DNA of 64,000 nucleotides from Octopus vulgaris (taxonomy: Eukaryota). Location: the NCBI GenBank assembly GCA_951406725.2, contig OX597828.1, positions 15,128,001 to 15,192,000 of the forward strand, in the 5' to 3' direction. Positions 62,889-64,000 of the stretch are shown in pieces (within the stretch, counting starts at the first letter, position 1; the number at the start of each line of letters is the position of its first letter). The notes below the pieces were generated by a model. The model did not search any database and was not told the origin of the DNA. It saw only the letters and a program-made list of their open reading frames with translations. Both the position numbers and the translations under genes were made by a program.

Positions 62889-64000
62889 CTCACACACAAA
62901 TACACACAACAGCTTTCCAAACAGTTTCTCTCCACCAAATTTCATTAATAAGGCAATAACCAACCTAAAACTATGACAGAAGACATTTGCCCAAAGGGCT
63001 GCATAGAGAATTGAAACAGAATCACATGCTTGCAAAGCAAACAACCACACAGACATAGTTGGAAGCAGAAAATTGTTTATAGACTCAATTCATCAAATGT
63101 TTACCACTATATGACCATATTGTAGTGCATTGCCCATGAGTTTGCAAAAGCTAAACTGTGGATGAGGACTTTTACTGCAGACTAGTTATTGAACAAGTTG
63201 GGAGAAAAGGTACTTCTGCTGAGGCAGATAACAAAACCCTTATAGAATTTGAACTCAGAATATGAAGAGTTTGAAGAAATATCAGTAAGCATTTTGGTTC
63301 TGCCTAATCACCAATTTAAGAATGAAAACGTTAGCTATTTTATTAAATCTCTCCAAATTCATGATTATTTTCAAAATCAATTGTTACAATTAGCAAACTA
63401 TATTATTATCATTATATTATTATTAACAAAAAATATCATAAAAATATGGTGATGAAGGGTTAAGAGATTCTGTATTTCTTAGAATGCAAAAATTTAATAG
63501 ATTTTTTTCCCTTTATAGAGTTCAAGTATGCTAAAATATTTCTCTTAAGAGATTCTGCAGCTGTTAGATAGAACTGATCATCTTCAATTTTATTTATGTG
63601 AAAATCTACAATTTGGCCTTATTCTGAATAATATTGGTTTCAAATTTTGGTACAAAACCATCAAGTTCGGGGAATGGAGTAGGTCAATTACATCAACTCC
63701 AGTACTCAGTTGATACTTATTTTATTGACAACTAAAGGTTCAAAGGCAAAGTTGGTCTTGGCAGAATTTAAACTCTGAACATAAAGACAGACAAGATTCT
63801 GCTAAGCATTTTGCTCAGAAATCTAGCCATTCTGCCAGCTCTTCACCTTCTCATTCCAAATAATCTTAATATCAAATTTCTTCCAAATTATTTACTTGGC
63901 TGCACCAAAATACATTAAATTAGTTCAATTGAGAGATTCTGTTGGAAAAACAAAATTTCAACTTTTCTGCTATGTAAACATCCATTATTTTCCCACAGTA

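Noticed and set aside
508-63452. Remaining short ORFs in the supplied track
   Set aside because: They overlap SINEs, microsatellites or LINE fragments, recur as near-identical peptides across repeat copies, and lack splice or homology support.

Overview
AT-rich, repeat-dense eukaryotic DNA, most likely an octopus (coleoid cephalopod); the species call is inferred from the SINE/MITE repertoire. One host gene is well supported: the autophagy gene ATG101 on the minus strand, in 8 short coding exons (59083 down to 29451, 657 nt, 218 aa + stop). All its introns are GT-AG and phase-consistent, and none of its exons appears in the supplied ORF track. The rest is mainly transposon debris: a Gypsy gag relic, CR1-, RTE- and Tx1-type LINE fragments, a decayed mariner, a Helitron, piggyBac/hAT/Tc1 MITEs, Penelope-like fragments, four tRNA-headed SINE families and microsatellites. 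The best leads are: (1) a GG...CC-ended, 8-bp-TSD foldback MITE family carrying telomere repeats; (2) a SINE family whose 3' tail matches a Tx1-like LINE 3' end; (3) a minimal hammerhead ribozyme and an HDV-like pseudoknot candidate in ATG101 introns; (4) a 25-nt tailless SINE insertion; (5) a minisatellite that grew out of LINE coding sequence; (6) SINE-delivered tandem CLEAR-like boxes upstream of ATG101. No prokaryotic system, CRISPR array or true RNA gene is supported. Family names come from motif recognition, not database searches, and repeat boundaries without a TSD are approximate.
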